Assembly: GCA_002441425.1 (NCBI GenBank)
Contig: DJWB01000001.1
Coordinates: forward strand, 298,712-362,711
DNA: 64,000 nt
Source: Patescibacteria group bacterium UBA6241
GTDB taxonomy: Bacteria > Patescibacteriota > Minisyncoccia > Phycocordibacterales > Phycocordibacteraceae
Direction: 5' to 3'
Shown here: positions 28,741-38,029 of the stretch, piece by piece
Numbering within the stretch: the stretch's first letter is position 1
How the letters are laid out: every line of letters starts with the position of its first letter
The notes under the pieces: generated by a model
What the model was told of the DNA's origin: nothing
Databases searched by the model: none
The model's input: the letters and a program-made list of their open reading frames with translations, nothing else
Made by a program: the position numbers and the translations under genes

Positions 28741-29481
28741 CTCCCAGACGAATCCAGTTGCTGCTCCGTGGTCATTCATCCACGGTATCCGAGGCGGGAA
28801 GTGCATGAGCATCAGCCTGCCCTGGTTTGTCTTCCCCAGAACGGTTCGGCTATATGCCTTGTCGCCGTCGTAGTCGTACTCTTCTCCCGGAAAACTTATC
28901 CCGAGATCAAAATACTTTCCGAGTCTCTCTGGGTGCGTCGCAAGAATGGAGGCACCCGAAAGGAAGCTCAATCCGAACTCGTTCTTTGCGAGGTTTTGCA
29001 GTGCGTCTGCATCCGATGTTTTCGCATTGCGCAAACCCAACTGAACCTGCATCACGCAGATATCGCTCTCGGGTTGAGTGGCGCACAGATGGTTGAACAT
29101 CTCCTGGGTTCTTTCCGATACACGGAATCTGTCCGCGTGCTCGTCAATCTCCAGAATGCGGTTGTCCATCTCTCTGGACACACCCTCCGCAAGAAGCTCG
29201 CGCGCCGTAAGCGCATCTGGTCGCGAATCAATCAGATTTCTTCGCAACACAACCGCCCAGCCCTCAGCTCCTTCGGAAAGAGGTATATCGGCGATTTTTT
29301 TTGCGAACTCCGGAACGGAGGATATATCAATCTCCATTCCGAGGCGTGCGCAGACGGCCTTGAGCCGCTCCGCTTGAAGTTCAAGTGGCAAGAGCCCCTC
29401 AAACCCCTCAGGGTATCCTGGCTCTTTGCGATTCAGCAGCATGTAAATTCCCTTGTCGTGAACAAAATATCCCAGCCACAA
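28738..29481 (-). CDS. Hypothetical protein (247 aa)
   Basis: Clean ORF. No family recognised. Confidence 0.45.
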   Translation of the reverse strand: MWLGYFVHDKGIYMLLNRKEPGYPEGFEGLLPLELQAERLKAVCARLGMEIDISSVPEFAKKIADIPLSEGAEGWAVVLRRNLIDSRPDALTARELLAEGVSREMDNRILEIDEHADRFRVSERTQEMFNHLCATQPESDICVMQVQLGLRNAKTSDADALQNLAKNEFGLSFLSGASILATHPERLGKYFDLGISFPGEEYDYDGDKAYSRTVLGKTNQGRLMLMHFPPRIPWMNDHGAATGFVWE

Positions 29482-29664
29482 TGCTTAGGATTTCTATCCA
29501 TAGAATAACATAAAAATCCTCTAAGTCAAAAATAGATTTACTTTATCCCCTTCCCATCTTGTTATTCCGTGCTGTTTGTAGCATACTGCAAATAACTCGC
29601 CGAAACTCCAAATTGCCCCTAAGCGTTCGGCATCAGCGAGGTTATTACGTATCTACAAGCCCTC

Positions 29665-30042
29665 ATGGCAACAAGCAAACTATATGTTGGCGGTATCCCA
29701 TACCGCACAACCGAGGACGAGCTCCGCACCGCTTTTGAAGAAGCAGGCGCAGTTGTATCCGCAAGCATTATTAGCGACCGCATGACCGGCCGTTCACGCG
29801 GCTTTGGTTTCGTGGAAATGGCAGACGAGGCTGGTGCCCAGGCTGCTATTGACCGTTGGGACGGAAAGGAATTTGACGGGCGCATGCTCTCAGTTTCTAA
29901 CGCTCGCCCACAGGGAGACCGACCTCCTCGCGAGGGTGGTTTCGGTGGTGGAAACCGCGGCGGAGGCTTTGGTGGCGGTAATCGTGGAGGAAACGGCGGC
30001 TTCGGCGGCGGTGACCGCGGTGGCTACCAGGGCGGCTACTAA
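29665..30042 (+). CDS. RRM-type RNA-binding protein with Gly/Arg-rich tail
   Basis: RNP2 'LYVGGIP' and RNP1 'RGFGFVEM', followed by GGFGGGNRGG repeats. Confidence 0.85.
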   Translation: MATSKLYVGGIPYRTTEDELRTAFEEAGAVVSASIISDRMTGRSRGFGFVEMADEAGAQAAIDRWDGKEFDGRMLSVSNARPQGDRPPREGGFGGGNRGGGFGGGNRGGNGGFGGGDRGGYQGGY

Positions 30043-30057
30043 TCAGTAGTTTCGCAG

Positions 30058-30090
30058 GTAAAAGCCCCTCCATTAAGGAGGGGCTTTTAC
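30058..30090 (+). terminator. Rho-independent terminator
   Basis: AAAGCCCCTCC-attaa-GGAGGGGCTTTT. Confidence 0.75.
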
Positions 30091-30119
30091 GTTACTTCCT
30101 TCTCACGTATGCTCATCTT

Positions 30120-30875
30120 ATGGATTCGCATCGTTCACTAGAGATTGGCCAGCTTCTTAGAGATAAGTATGGGGGAGATCCGAAAGCAGACCTTACACAA
30201 GATATTGCCCGGCTTGATGCCGGGGAACCTTTAGCGTATGTGATTGGATGGATTCCCTTTCTAGGACTCACCATTCGTCTTGATTCACATCCTCTTATTC
30301 CCCGCCCTGAGACTGAGTGGTGGACTGAAGAGTTGATTGCGCATCTTAAAGACTTGTTTGGAGATACTCCATTTAGACTGCTTGATATGTGTGCGGGGTC
30401 TGGAGCTATTGGATTAAGTGTTTTAAAGCACCTACCTCACTCGCATGTTTCCTTCGGAGAACTTGTTCCAGAGCATGCAGCACTTATTGGAGCGAACCTA
30501 AAAGAGAATCATATTGGTCCTGCACGCGCTGACATTCGTTCTGGAGATCTTTTTGCCCCGTTTGCAGGAGAGAGGTTTTCAATTATCGTATCCAATCCCC
30601 CCTACGTCCCGAGCGAAAGAACTCTTGAGAAGAGTGTGACTTTTTATGAACCAGCGTCAGCACTCTACGCAGGCACAGAGGGACTTGAAATTATTGAGAG
30701 AATTGCGAGAGAGGCTCCGTCGTATATACAGACTCCTGGAGAACTTTGGGTAGAGGCCGATATATCAAATGTTGCACAGACAGGCATATTGCTTAAGGAG
30801 CATGGGGCTACGCGCCTTGATCTACGCAACGATCAGTATGGCAGACCACGGCTCGTCGTGGGATACTACGAGTAA
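30120..30875 (+). CDS. prmC: Release-factor glutamine N5-methyltransferase PrmC/HemK
   Basis: 'LDMCAGSGAIG' motif I and 'SNPPY' catalytic motif. Confidence 0.8.
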   Translation: MDSHRSLEIGQLLRDKYGGDPKADLTQDIARLDAGEPLAYVIGWIPFLGLTIRLDSHPLIPRPETEWWTEELIAHLKDLFGDTPFRLLDMCAGSGAIGLSVLKHLPHSHVSFGELVPEHAALIGANLKENHIGPARADIRSGDLFAPFAGERFSIIVSNPPYVPSERTLEKSVTFYEPASALYAGTEGLEIIERIAREAPSYIQTPGELWVEADISNVAQTGILLKEHGATRLDLRNDQYGRPRLVVGYYE

Positions 30876-31111
30876 TGCAGCCCATTGAGCCGCTCGTTCT
30901 CCCACCCTTTCTAAGTCAGATTGACCCCTCTAAGGTTGTCTCACTGTTTTTTGTAGTGCTCTTTATTATCTGGGTTATCTATACGATCGTAACGAGCTAT
31001 CACTGGCTACGCTATGGACATAGAAGTTCTGTAGCAATTCCTGCGCTCATTACTCACGTGCTCGTATCAGGCTTTCTAGCGCTATACGCCATTAGCGGCT
31101 TTACGTATTAA
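30875..31111 (+). CDS. Small membrane protein (78 aa)
   Basis: Two TM helices. Start overlaps the prmC stop. Confidence 0.4.
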   Translation: MQPIEPLVLPPFLSQIDPSKVVSLFFVVLFIIWVIYTIVTSYHWLRYGHRSSVAIPALITHVLVSGFLALYAISGFTY

Positions 31112-31114
31112 TGT

Positions 31115-31672
31115 ATGGAGGAATTTGAACTAGAACCAGATGAGCGCGTGATTCGCACGGTACGCAAGCATTGGTTTGTCTTGCTTGTAACAGCAATTCC
31201 CTTTGCGCTCCTCGCCTGGCTCCCAACACTTATCCCGGGGATCCTTGCACGTATGTCTGAGTCTGCCTTCCCGCTTCTGCCGTTACTTACTGCAGAGAGT
31301 CCTTGGTTTCGTCTATTCTTGGGACTCTGGTGGCTCCTTATATGGATCGGAGCGTTTAATGCATTTACGCAGTACTACTTAAATCATTGGGTTATCACGA
31401 GTCTTCGTATTGTGCGCATCCGTCAACATGGATTCTTTAGCAGGGATGTTTCTAGCTTCTTGCTCTCTCATGTCCAGGACGTAACAACAAACGTGCATGG
31501 TATTTTTGCAGACTTACTTGGATACGGATCTGTTCAGGTTGAAACTGCAGGAACAGCGTCCAAGAACTTCATAATGGACGGTATTGAGGATCCGCAAGGT
31601 ATGCGCGATCTTATTATGCGAGAAATTGCTGAGCTGTATAAGAGAAGAAACTCTACACATATTGGTCTCTAG
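31115..31672 (+). CDS. Membrane protein with bacterial PH (bPH_2, YdbS/YdbT-like) domain
   Basis: Two N-terminal TM helices followed by a ~90-aa PH-like region (VITSLRIVRIRQHG...VQVETAG). Confidence 0.4.
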   Translation: MEEFELEPDERVIRTVRKHWFVLLVTAIPFALLAWLPTLIPGILARMSESAFPLLPLLTAESPWFRLFLGLWWLLIWIGAFNAFTQYYLNHWVITSLRIVRIRQHGFFSRDVSSFLLSHVQDVTTNVHGIFADLLGYGSVQVETAGTASKNFIMDGIEDPQGMRDLIMREIAELYKRRNSTHIGL

Positions 31673-31717
31673 GCAGATAGGCTCCCTATCCCTCGCTTCA
31701 TCTGTTAAAATCACTCT

Positions 31718-32995
31718 ATGAGCGGCAAGCCGTCCCTAACAACTGATTCATACAAAGGCGTACGCGACTTCTACCCAGGCGATTGGGCACGATTGTCCGC
31801 TGCTTTTGCCCAAGTACGAGAGGTTCTCTCTTCTTGGGGGTATGAGGAATACCAGGCCTCTCCTCTTGAGCGCTCTGAATTGTATGAGAGCAAAGGAAAC
31901 GAGGAGATTATACGAGACCAGACTTATAGCTTTGAGGATCGCGGCGGACGTCGGGTTACGCTTCGTCCCGAGATGACACCAACGCTCGCACGAATGGTTG
32001 CAGGAAAAAGGCGTGAGCTTGCCTTTCCACTTCGCTGGTTTTCAATTGGAAACAGGTTTAGGTATGAACGTCCACAAAAAGGACGACTGCGAGAATTCTT
32101 CCAGACTGATGTTGATTTAGTAGGCCTTCCCGAAGGCGAAGCTGATTTGGAGATAGTGCAGCTCGCACATGCCATCTTCCGATCCTTTGGAGCTACAGAG
32201 AAGGACTTTGTTATACGGGTTAATTCCCGTGCGCTCTTGTCTGCTGCATGTAAGGCTACTGGCTACACGGACGAGGAAGGAGTGCGTGAATACTGGCAGC
32301 TCCTAGACCGCAAAGCGAAAATGTCTCCTGAGGAATTTGCACTAGCTCGGGGATCACGACCAGATCCACTAAGCGCAGTTGAAGAAGCATCGGATCCTTC
32401 TGTTAAGGAGGAGAAAGAGAAACTGCTTGCATGTATTGAGACACTTAAGTCTAGAGGTATTTCAAATATTAAATTTGAGCCTGAGATAGTACGCGGATTT
32501 GATTACTACACCGGAATCGTATTTGAGATTCAGGATACTTCCCCTGAAAATCCAAGAGCTTTGCTTGGAGGCGGCAGGTATGACGGACTCGTATCTCTGT
32601 TTGGAGGAGATCCACTCCCTGCAGTTGGGTTTGCATTTGGAGATGTAGGACTTATGGACTTCCTAACTACCCATAACTTGCTCCCTGAGAGCGCAAATGT
32701 TCCTCATCTATATATTGGAACTCCAACACCTGCTGATATTCCTGGTGCACAGGCATATGCCGCAACACTTAGAGAGAAAACAATGTTCCGTACTTTCGTT
32801 AACTTAACGGAGAAGTCTTTGGGAGACCAGATTAAAGATGCCGTTAAAAGAAAGATTCCTTACTTTATTGCATACGGCTCTGAGGAAGCTGCGAAGAAAT
32901 CAGTTCGTCTTAAAGAACTAGCAACAGGAAAGGAAGAGGAGCTTTTGCAAGATATTGTTATGCAGCATATATACGCTAAGGAACAGAACTCATAA
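31718..32995 (+). CDS. hisS: Histidyl-tRNA synthetase
   Basis: Class II aaRS motifs ('TLRPEMTP', 'FQTDVD', 'GGGRYDGL') plus a C-terminal anticodon-binding domain. Confidence 0.8.
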   Translation: MSGKPSLTTDSYKGVRDFYPGDWARLSAAFAQVREVLSSWGYEEYQASPLERSELYESKGNEEIIRDQTYSFEDRGGRRVTLRPEMTPTLARMVAGKRRELAFPLRWFSIGNRFRYERPQKGRLREFFQTDVDLVGLPEGEADLEIVQLAHAIFRSFGATEKDFVIRVNSRALLSAACKATGYTDEEGVREYWQLLDRKAKMSPEEFALARGSRPDPLSAVEEASDPSVKEEKEKLLACIETLKSRGISNIKFEPEIVRGFDYYTGIVFEIQDTSPENPRALLGGGRYDGLVSLFGGDPLPAVGFAFGDVGLMDFLTTHNLLPESANVPHLYIGTPTPADIPGAQAYAATLREKTMFRTFVNLTEKSLGDQIKDAVKRKIPYFIAYGSEEAAKKSVRLKELATGKEEELLQDIVMQHIYAKEQNS

Positions 32996-32997
32996 CT

Positions 32998-33576
32998 ATG
33001 CGGGAGATAACGTTTGATATTGAAACTGCGAATATACTTCCCTCTCTAGCCAGGCAAGATGTTACTCGTCTTGAGCTTGCGGTTGTTGCAATTCACGATT
33101 CTGAGACTGGAGAATTTTCCTCATATGCAAAGGAGGAACTTCCAAAACTTTGGCCCATTCTTGAAAAGGCAGATACGCTCATTGGATACAACTCCAACTC
33201 TTTTGATATTCCCCTTCTTAATCACTACTACCCCGGAGATCTAACCCAGATACACTCAGTTGATCTTATGGTTGAGGTTCAGCAAGTGCTTGGACGCAGA
33301 CTCAGGCTTCAGTCTATTGCGGAAGCTACACTAAAAGTTGGGAAATCTGGAGACGGGTTGCAGTCTGTGCGCTGGTGGCAAGAAGGGTTATACGACAAAG
33401 TACGTGAGTACTGCATTCAGGATGTACGTATTACACGTCAGCTATATGACTACGCCCTTGAGAAGGGTGTTCTGAAGTACAAGGACCTTAAAGATATACG
33501 AGACGTGAAGATAAATACTTCTTCATGGCAGGAGCCGAAAGCTCCTCCTGCATTTACGCATACACTTGAGCTGTAG
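32998..33576 (+). CDS. DEDD-family 3'-5' exonuclease
   Basis: Exo I 'ITFDIETAN', Exo II 'LIGYNSNSFDIPLL', Exo III 'YCIQDVRITRQLY'. Confidence 0.6.
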   Translation: MREITFDIETANILPSLARQDVTRLELAVVAIHDSETGEFSSYAKEELPKLWPILEKADTLIGYNSNSFDIPLLNHYYPGDLTQIHSVDLMVEVQQVLGRRLRLQSIAEATLKVGKSGDGLQSVRWWQEGLYDKVREYCIQDVRITRQLYDYALEKGVLKYKDLKDIRDVKINTSSWQEPKAPPAFTHTLEL

Positions 33577-33621
33577 CTTGAGTTTTTTGAATAGTGTGTT
33601 ATTTTACTTCCATAGTACCTT

Positions 33622-34035
33622 TTGGCTGCTTTGGAGGACCACATGCGTACATATATCCACGTTGTTGGGCCCATAAATCCCGATGACGCAATCGCCGAGC
33701 TCTATGTGAGGAAGGAGCTGCCGGGAGACTTCCGCGTCCAGTTTATTGATCACGATTCGGACGTCACTCAGGTCACTGCTACAGTCGGCGGAATGACCCG
33801 TGAAGAACAAGACGCAAACCAGCAAGCCAAGGTAAGCGTTCTTGAACTGATCGGGCTTGGCCTCGTACAGATCATTCCCAATGCCACTGTGGTCGTAAAG
33901 CACGACCGAGGCATCTTCACCGAGTTCAGGAGCGAATACACCCCCAGGACGCCGCCGCCTAAATCCCCTGCTCTACGCACCCCGCGCGTAGAGCAGTTTC
34001 ATTTCCATACATGCTATGATTTTTGTATATGGTAG
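33622..34035 (+). CDS. Hypothetical protein (137 aa)
   Basis: ORF. No family recognised. Confidence 0.35.
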   Translation: MAALEDHMRTYIHVVGPINPDDAIAELYVRKELPGDFRVQFIDHDSDVTQVTATVGGMTREEQDANQQAKVSVLELIGLGLVQIIPNATVVVKHDRGIFTEFRSEYTPRTPPPKSPALRTPRVEQFHFHTCYDFCIW

Positions 34036-34727
34036 ACACAGAGCGAATCCGTCGTGAGTACTTTCTTCCGGGCGCCATTGTTATAGCGGGACTTATACTC
34101 GCAACAGCGGTATACGTTGTACGTAGCGACACTTCTCCTAAACTAACTGGAGGCAATCCTGAAGCTGTTCGTCCAGTAACTCCAGCAGATCATATTATTG
34201 GAAACCCTGAAGCGAAGGTAAAGATTGTTGAGTACGCCGATATTGATTCTGAGTACAGCAAGCAGTTCCAAGCAACCATGCAGCAGATTATGAGTGAGTA
34301 TGCTGCAGGCGGGCAGGTTGCATGGGTGTACAGACACTTCCCACTTCTGGATAGACACGCCGCGGCAGGCTCTCATGCTGAGGCAGCCGAATGTGCTGCT
34401 TTCCTTGGAGACAATGATGCGTTCTGGCGCTTTATTGACGCTGTTCAGGCTGCCGCTCCTCGAGAAAACCAGTTCTCTCCTTCAGGATATCCAGCTATTG
34501 TTTCTCAACTTGCACTACCTCCAGGCGAGTTTAATCTCTGTCTTACCAACGGACGTTTTACTAAGAAGGTCTATGACGATATAGCTAACGCTCTTGCGTC
34601 TGGTGCAGAAGGTGCCCCTTATACTGTTCTCGTAATTGAAGGCCAGAAGCCTATAGCGATTAACGGTGCGCTCACATATGAGAACATGAAGCAGGTTATA
34701 GAGGATGCTCTTGTGAAGGCACAGTAG
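34023..34727 (+). CDS. DsbA-like thioredoxin-fold protein lacking the CxxC active site
   Basis: TM anchor plus DsbA/BdbD-like fold ('VKIVEYADIDSEYSKQF', 'YRHFPL', 'AAECAAFLG'). The expected C-P-x-C position reads S-E-Y-S. Confidence 0.5.
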   Translation: MYMVDTERIRREYFLPGAIVIAGLILATAVYVVRSDTSPKLTGGNPEAVRPVTPADHIIGNPEAKVKIVEYADIDSEYSKQFQATMQQIMSEYAAGGQVAWVYRHFPLLDRHAAAGSHAEAAECAAFLGDNDAFWRFIDAVQAAAPRENQFSPSGYPAIVSQLALPPGEFNLCLTNGRFTKKVYDDIANALASGAEGAPYTVLVIEGQKPIAINGALTYENMKQVIEDALVKAQ

Positions 34728-34790
34728 TATTTGACAGTCAGTTCTCACGTGTGAAAATTAAGGTATTGTCACTCACTAGCATATAGATCT

Positions 34791-34976
34791 ATGTTTGAAA
34801 AAATGTTTAAGAATCCGGAAGCAAAGAAACCTGAGCCATCTAATGTAGTTGAGCTTAAGGCTCCTGGCGTTATTGTTCATCCAGGAACAGGCGAAGTACT
34901 TGGGAGCGCCTCCACACCTGAGGAAGCAGCGGATCTAATTCGCCAAGCATCAGAGGATAGACGCGAAGCAGCGTAA
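34791..34976 (+). CDS. Small hypothetical protein (61 aa)
   Basis: Short ORF followed by a terminator. Confidence 0.3.
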   Translation: MFEKMFKNPEAKKPEPSNVVELKAPGVIVHPGTGEVLGSASTPEEAADLIRQASEDRREAA

Positions 34977-35006
34977 CAAAAGAGCCCCTCGCGGGGCTCT
35001 TTTGTT
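34977..35006. terminator. Bidirectional rho-independent terminator
   Basis: AAAAGAGCCCC-tcgc-GGGGCTCTTTTG. Confidence 0.75.
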
Positions 35007-37959
35007 ATCCAAACCGTACACTACACCACTCGCAATCTGGGTTCTTGCAGGGCTCATTCCAAAAGGATAGAGAAAGTATTTCAGAAGCAACCTGTTTGAT
35101 CTGCTCCTCTAGCGCAGTGACTTCTTCCTCGGATATTTCAAATGCCTCAGTTCTTATACGATCCTTCTCATCAGGCTCTACAAATTCAATAACTCCTTCA
35201 TGCATGTGCTGCGGAGTTTCTGCACGAGAGAGAATCATTTTATAGAAAGACAGCTGGCGATAGTAGTTTCCGTTGCTCTCCTTTGTTTCTCCTTGTATAT
35301 CGTTCCTACTCTTTGACTTCCCCGTCTTGTAGTCAACAACACGGAATCCTTGTGGTGTCGTATCCATACGATCCAGTGCTCCTCGGACCAAGAGACTTTC
35401 ATCCCCAGACAAAGGCAAGTACGCCTCAATAGGCTGCTCTGCCTGAGTCTGTTCTGGCCATGAACCACTTCTTTCCTTATGCCAAAGGGTGAGCGAACGC
35501 TTTCCCTTTGCTTGTAGATCAAGCAGTTCTCGCTCAGTTAATGGAGAACGCTCAAGTGCCCGCTCAAAGACTGCATACAACCCCTCTGGGCCTATGTCTG
35601 TATTCTGGCTTCTCTCATCAGCATATCTCTTTAAAGCAGCATGTACTGCTGTTCCGTACAGCATGAACTTATTCTCAGCCTCTGGTATTCGTAACAGGTT
35701 TACGTAGAAGTAGTGCCACGGACACTCCAGATAGTTATTGAGTGCAGTAGGAGAAAGTCCCTGTGCGAAGAATGCAGCACGTAGTGTTGCGCGCTCGTCT
35801 TCGGAAGGACCATCCTTTTGTATACCCCTTTCTTGCAAAAGGAAGTCGTCAGCTTCGGGTGCTGTCTCCTGGACCACAATCTCTTGTGCAAGATCTTCAA
35901 GAAGTACTGATGGCTCATCAGCGCGTCCCTCTCCACGAGTTTCTGAGTAAGACAAAACCACATGCTCCTTGGCTCGCGTAATAGCTACATAGAAAAGTCT
36001 TCGCTCGTCCTCAAGTCCTGCACTTCCTGAAAGAATGTCTGGTAGGTGGAAATGCTCTGCGCGTGCTCGGGTAGACCATACACTTTCTGTCACACGAGGA
36101 ATAAATACTCTTCTAAATTCTCTCCCCTTTGCACCATGCACGGTCATAATCTTTACGCGAGTTTCGTCAGAAAAGACCCGTCCTGAAAGACTCATTTCTC
36201 GCTCTTCATACAACGTAACAAGCTCAAGTGCGCGTGGAAGCTGAGCAGTGTGTTCGCGTCTAACTAAGTCTTCAAATAGAGATAAGAGTGAGCGGACAGC
36301 TCCAAGACCCTCAGCCCGATCAGAACTTCCAAGGAGCGCCTTTAAAATTCCCGAGCGAATGAGTGCATGCTCCGCAACAACAGCAGGGCGTTCAATGGAG
36401 GCTTCCCGCGCCAATTCTTCAATAAGAGTTCCAAGAGCAATTGCATTCTCGGGAGAGTTTACCTTTGCATGCGTCAGGTCATCAAGAGAGCGAAGAACTT
36501 CAACTGCAGGCTTCCTCTCCTTCTTTGCATACTGCATGACACGCCATACGTCTGCTGCTGAGAGTGGGAATGCAGGGAGCGTGAGCACACCTGACAAATA
36601 CTCATCTCTTGGCTCTGCTACTACAACAAGTAAGCGAAGAAGCGCGAGCACATATCGGTTATGGAGTGCATTACCCTCGCCCTTTGCTGATACTGCAATG
36701 TCGTTCCTAATAAGTGCCTCTGCGATATCAGATACGTCTCTGTTACGCCGGACTAACACTGCGATATCGCCAGGAGGAATTCCCTCTTCTATGGTTTCCT
36801 TAATCCGGTCAACGAGCATCGCTATTTCCGCCTCAGGTGATGGGCACGTAACGAGTAAAACTGGCTTAGGCGTATGATCTGTCCTAGATACTAACGCTGC
36901 ACGAGAAAGTCTGGTATCAGGAGACTTTTCAATAAGAGACAGTGCTGAATCTAGGATGGTCTGTGTAGAGCGATAGTTTTCAACTAAGGCAACAATTTTA
37001 GTATCTTCATATCTCTGCCTGAAGTAGTGCACATTGTCCAAATCTGCTCCTTGGAATCTATAGATCGCCTGCTTCTCATCTCCCACAATGAAGATATTGG
37101 GGCGCTCATGATAGTCACTAATAAGTTCAAGTAAGGCGTTCTGTGAACGGTTTGCATCCTGATGTTCGTCAGCAAGCACATACAAGAGTGACTCCTGAAC
37201 TTGCCTGAGGAAGGATTCGTCTTCCTTGAGCGCGCGCACTACTTCAAGAATAAGGTCGTCAAAATCATAGCGCTTCTTCCTTGTAAGTTGCTCTTCGTAC
37301 GCCCGATATACTAAAAGCAAATCTCCTGTTTTTTCAATCTTCTTTTGTAGCTTCTCGTACTCTCCTTTCATCTTGCCCTGGTACTTTCCCTTCTCATGTA
37401 CCTTGTCAGGGATTGCATCAAATATTTTCTGTTCTTCATCTACTCGCTCCTCAAGCACGTCTAGTGTTATGTGCTCTCGCTTCATAACAGAGATAGCCCG
37501 TGCTACTGCTCCGTGGTAGTACAGAGGATCTCCATATGGCCTTAGGTGCTTAACTTCACTTGTGAGAATGGCTTCGTCTAGTATCTCGGCCCGCTCAGCA
37601 TCTGAAGCAATTTCTGAACCAACAATCTTTGGGAATTGGTCCGGGTACTGCGCAATGAGTGTTTCCGCAAAGCCATGGAATGTATGTATACGCACTTTCC
37701 ATGCAGTACTTCCAATTATCTTTGCAAGGCGACTTCGCATTTCTGCTGCCGCAGCATCTGTAAATGTGAGGGCGAGAATAGCGTCCGGAGGCGTGTCAGT
37801 CTTCTGGAGAATATTCGCAATACGGAGCGTGAGTACCTGAGTCTTTCCTGTTCCAGGTCCCGCTATCACAAAGACAGGTCCTTCAATAGAATCTACGGCA
37901 AGTCTCTGGCCTTCATTGAGTGATTCGTATGCGTCTTTAAAGGCCACGGGGTCTTTCAT
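35005..37959 (-). CDS. UvrD/PcrA-family helicase fused to C-terminal PD-(D/E)xK nuclease with Cys cluster (AddA/AddB-like)
   Basis: Walker A 'AGPGTGKTQVL', UvrD motifs ('LADEHQDAN', 'TVHGAKGREF'), a RecB-like nuclease region, and a C-terminal 'CKNPDCEWC'. Confidence 0.8.
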   Translation of the reverse strand: MKDPVAFKDAYESLNEGQRLAVDSIEGPVFVIAGPGTGKTQVLTLRIANILQKTDTPPDAILALTFTDAAAAEMRSRLAKIIGSTAWKVRIHTFHGFAETLIAQYPDQFPKIVGSEIASDAERAEILDEAILTSEVKHLRPYGDPLYYHGAVARAISVMKREHITLDVLEERVDEEQKIFDAIPDKVHEKGKYQGKMKGEYEKLQKKIEKTGDLLLVYRAYEEQLTRKKRYDFDDLILEVVRALKEDESFLRQVQESLLYVLADEHQDANRSQNALLELISDYHERPNIFIVGDEKQAIYRFQGADLDNVHYFRQRYEDTKIVALVENYRSTQTILDSALSLIEKSPDTRLSRAALVSRTDHTPKPVLLVTCPSPEAEIAMLVDRIKETIEEGIPPGDIAVLVRRNRDVSDIAEALIRNDIAVSAKGEGNALHNRYVLALLRLLVVVAEPRDEYLSGVLTLPAFPLSAADVWRVMQYAKKERKPAVEVLRSLDDLTHAKVNSPENAIALGTLIEELAREASIERPAVVAEHALIRSGILKALLGSSDRAEGLGAVRSLLSLFEDLVRREHTAQLPRALELVTLYEEREMSLSGRVFSDETRVKIMTVHGAKGREFRRVFIPRVTESVWSTRARAEHFHLPDILSGSAGLEDERRLFYVAITRAKEHVVLSYSETRGEGRADEPSVLLEDLAQEIVVQETAPEADDFLLQERGIQKDGPSEDERATLRAAFFAQGLSPTALNNYLECPWHYFYVNLLRIPEAENKFMLYGTAVHAALKRYADERSQNTDIGPEGLYAVFERALERSPLTERELLDLQAKGKRSLTLWHKERSGSWPEQTQAEQPIEAYLPLSGDESLLVRGALDRMDTTPQGFRVVDYKTGKSKSRNDIQGETKESNGNYYRQLSFYKMILSRAETPQHMHEGVIEFVEPDEKDRIRTEAFEISEEEVTALEEQIKQVASEILSLSFWNEPCKNPDCEWCSVRFG

Positions 37960-38029
37960 AGAGATAGTGTACCTGACTTAAGGCAGTCTAAGAAAGGCAC
38001 AACAAAAGCCCGCATATACGGGCTTTTAT

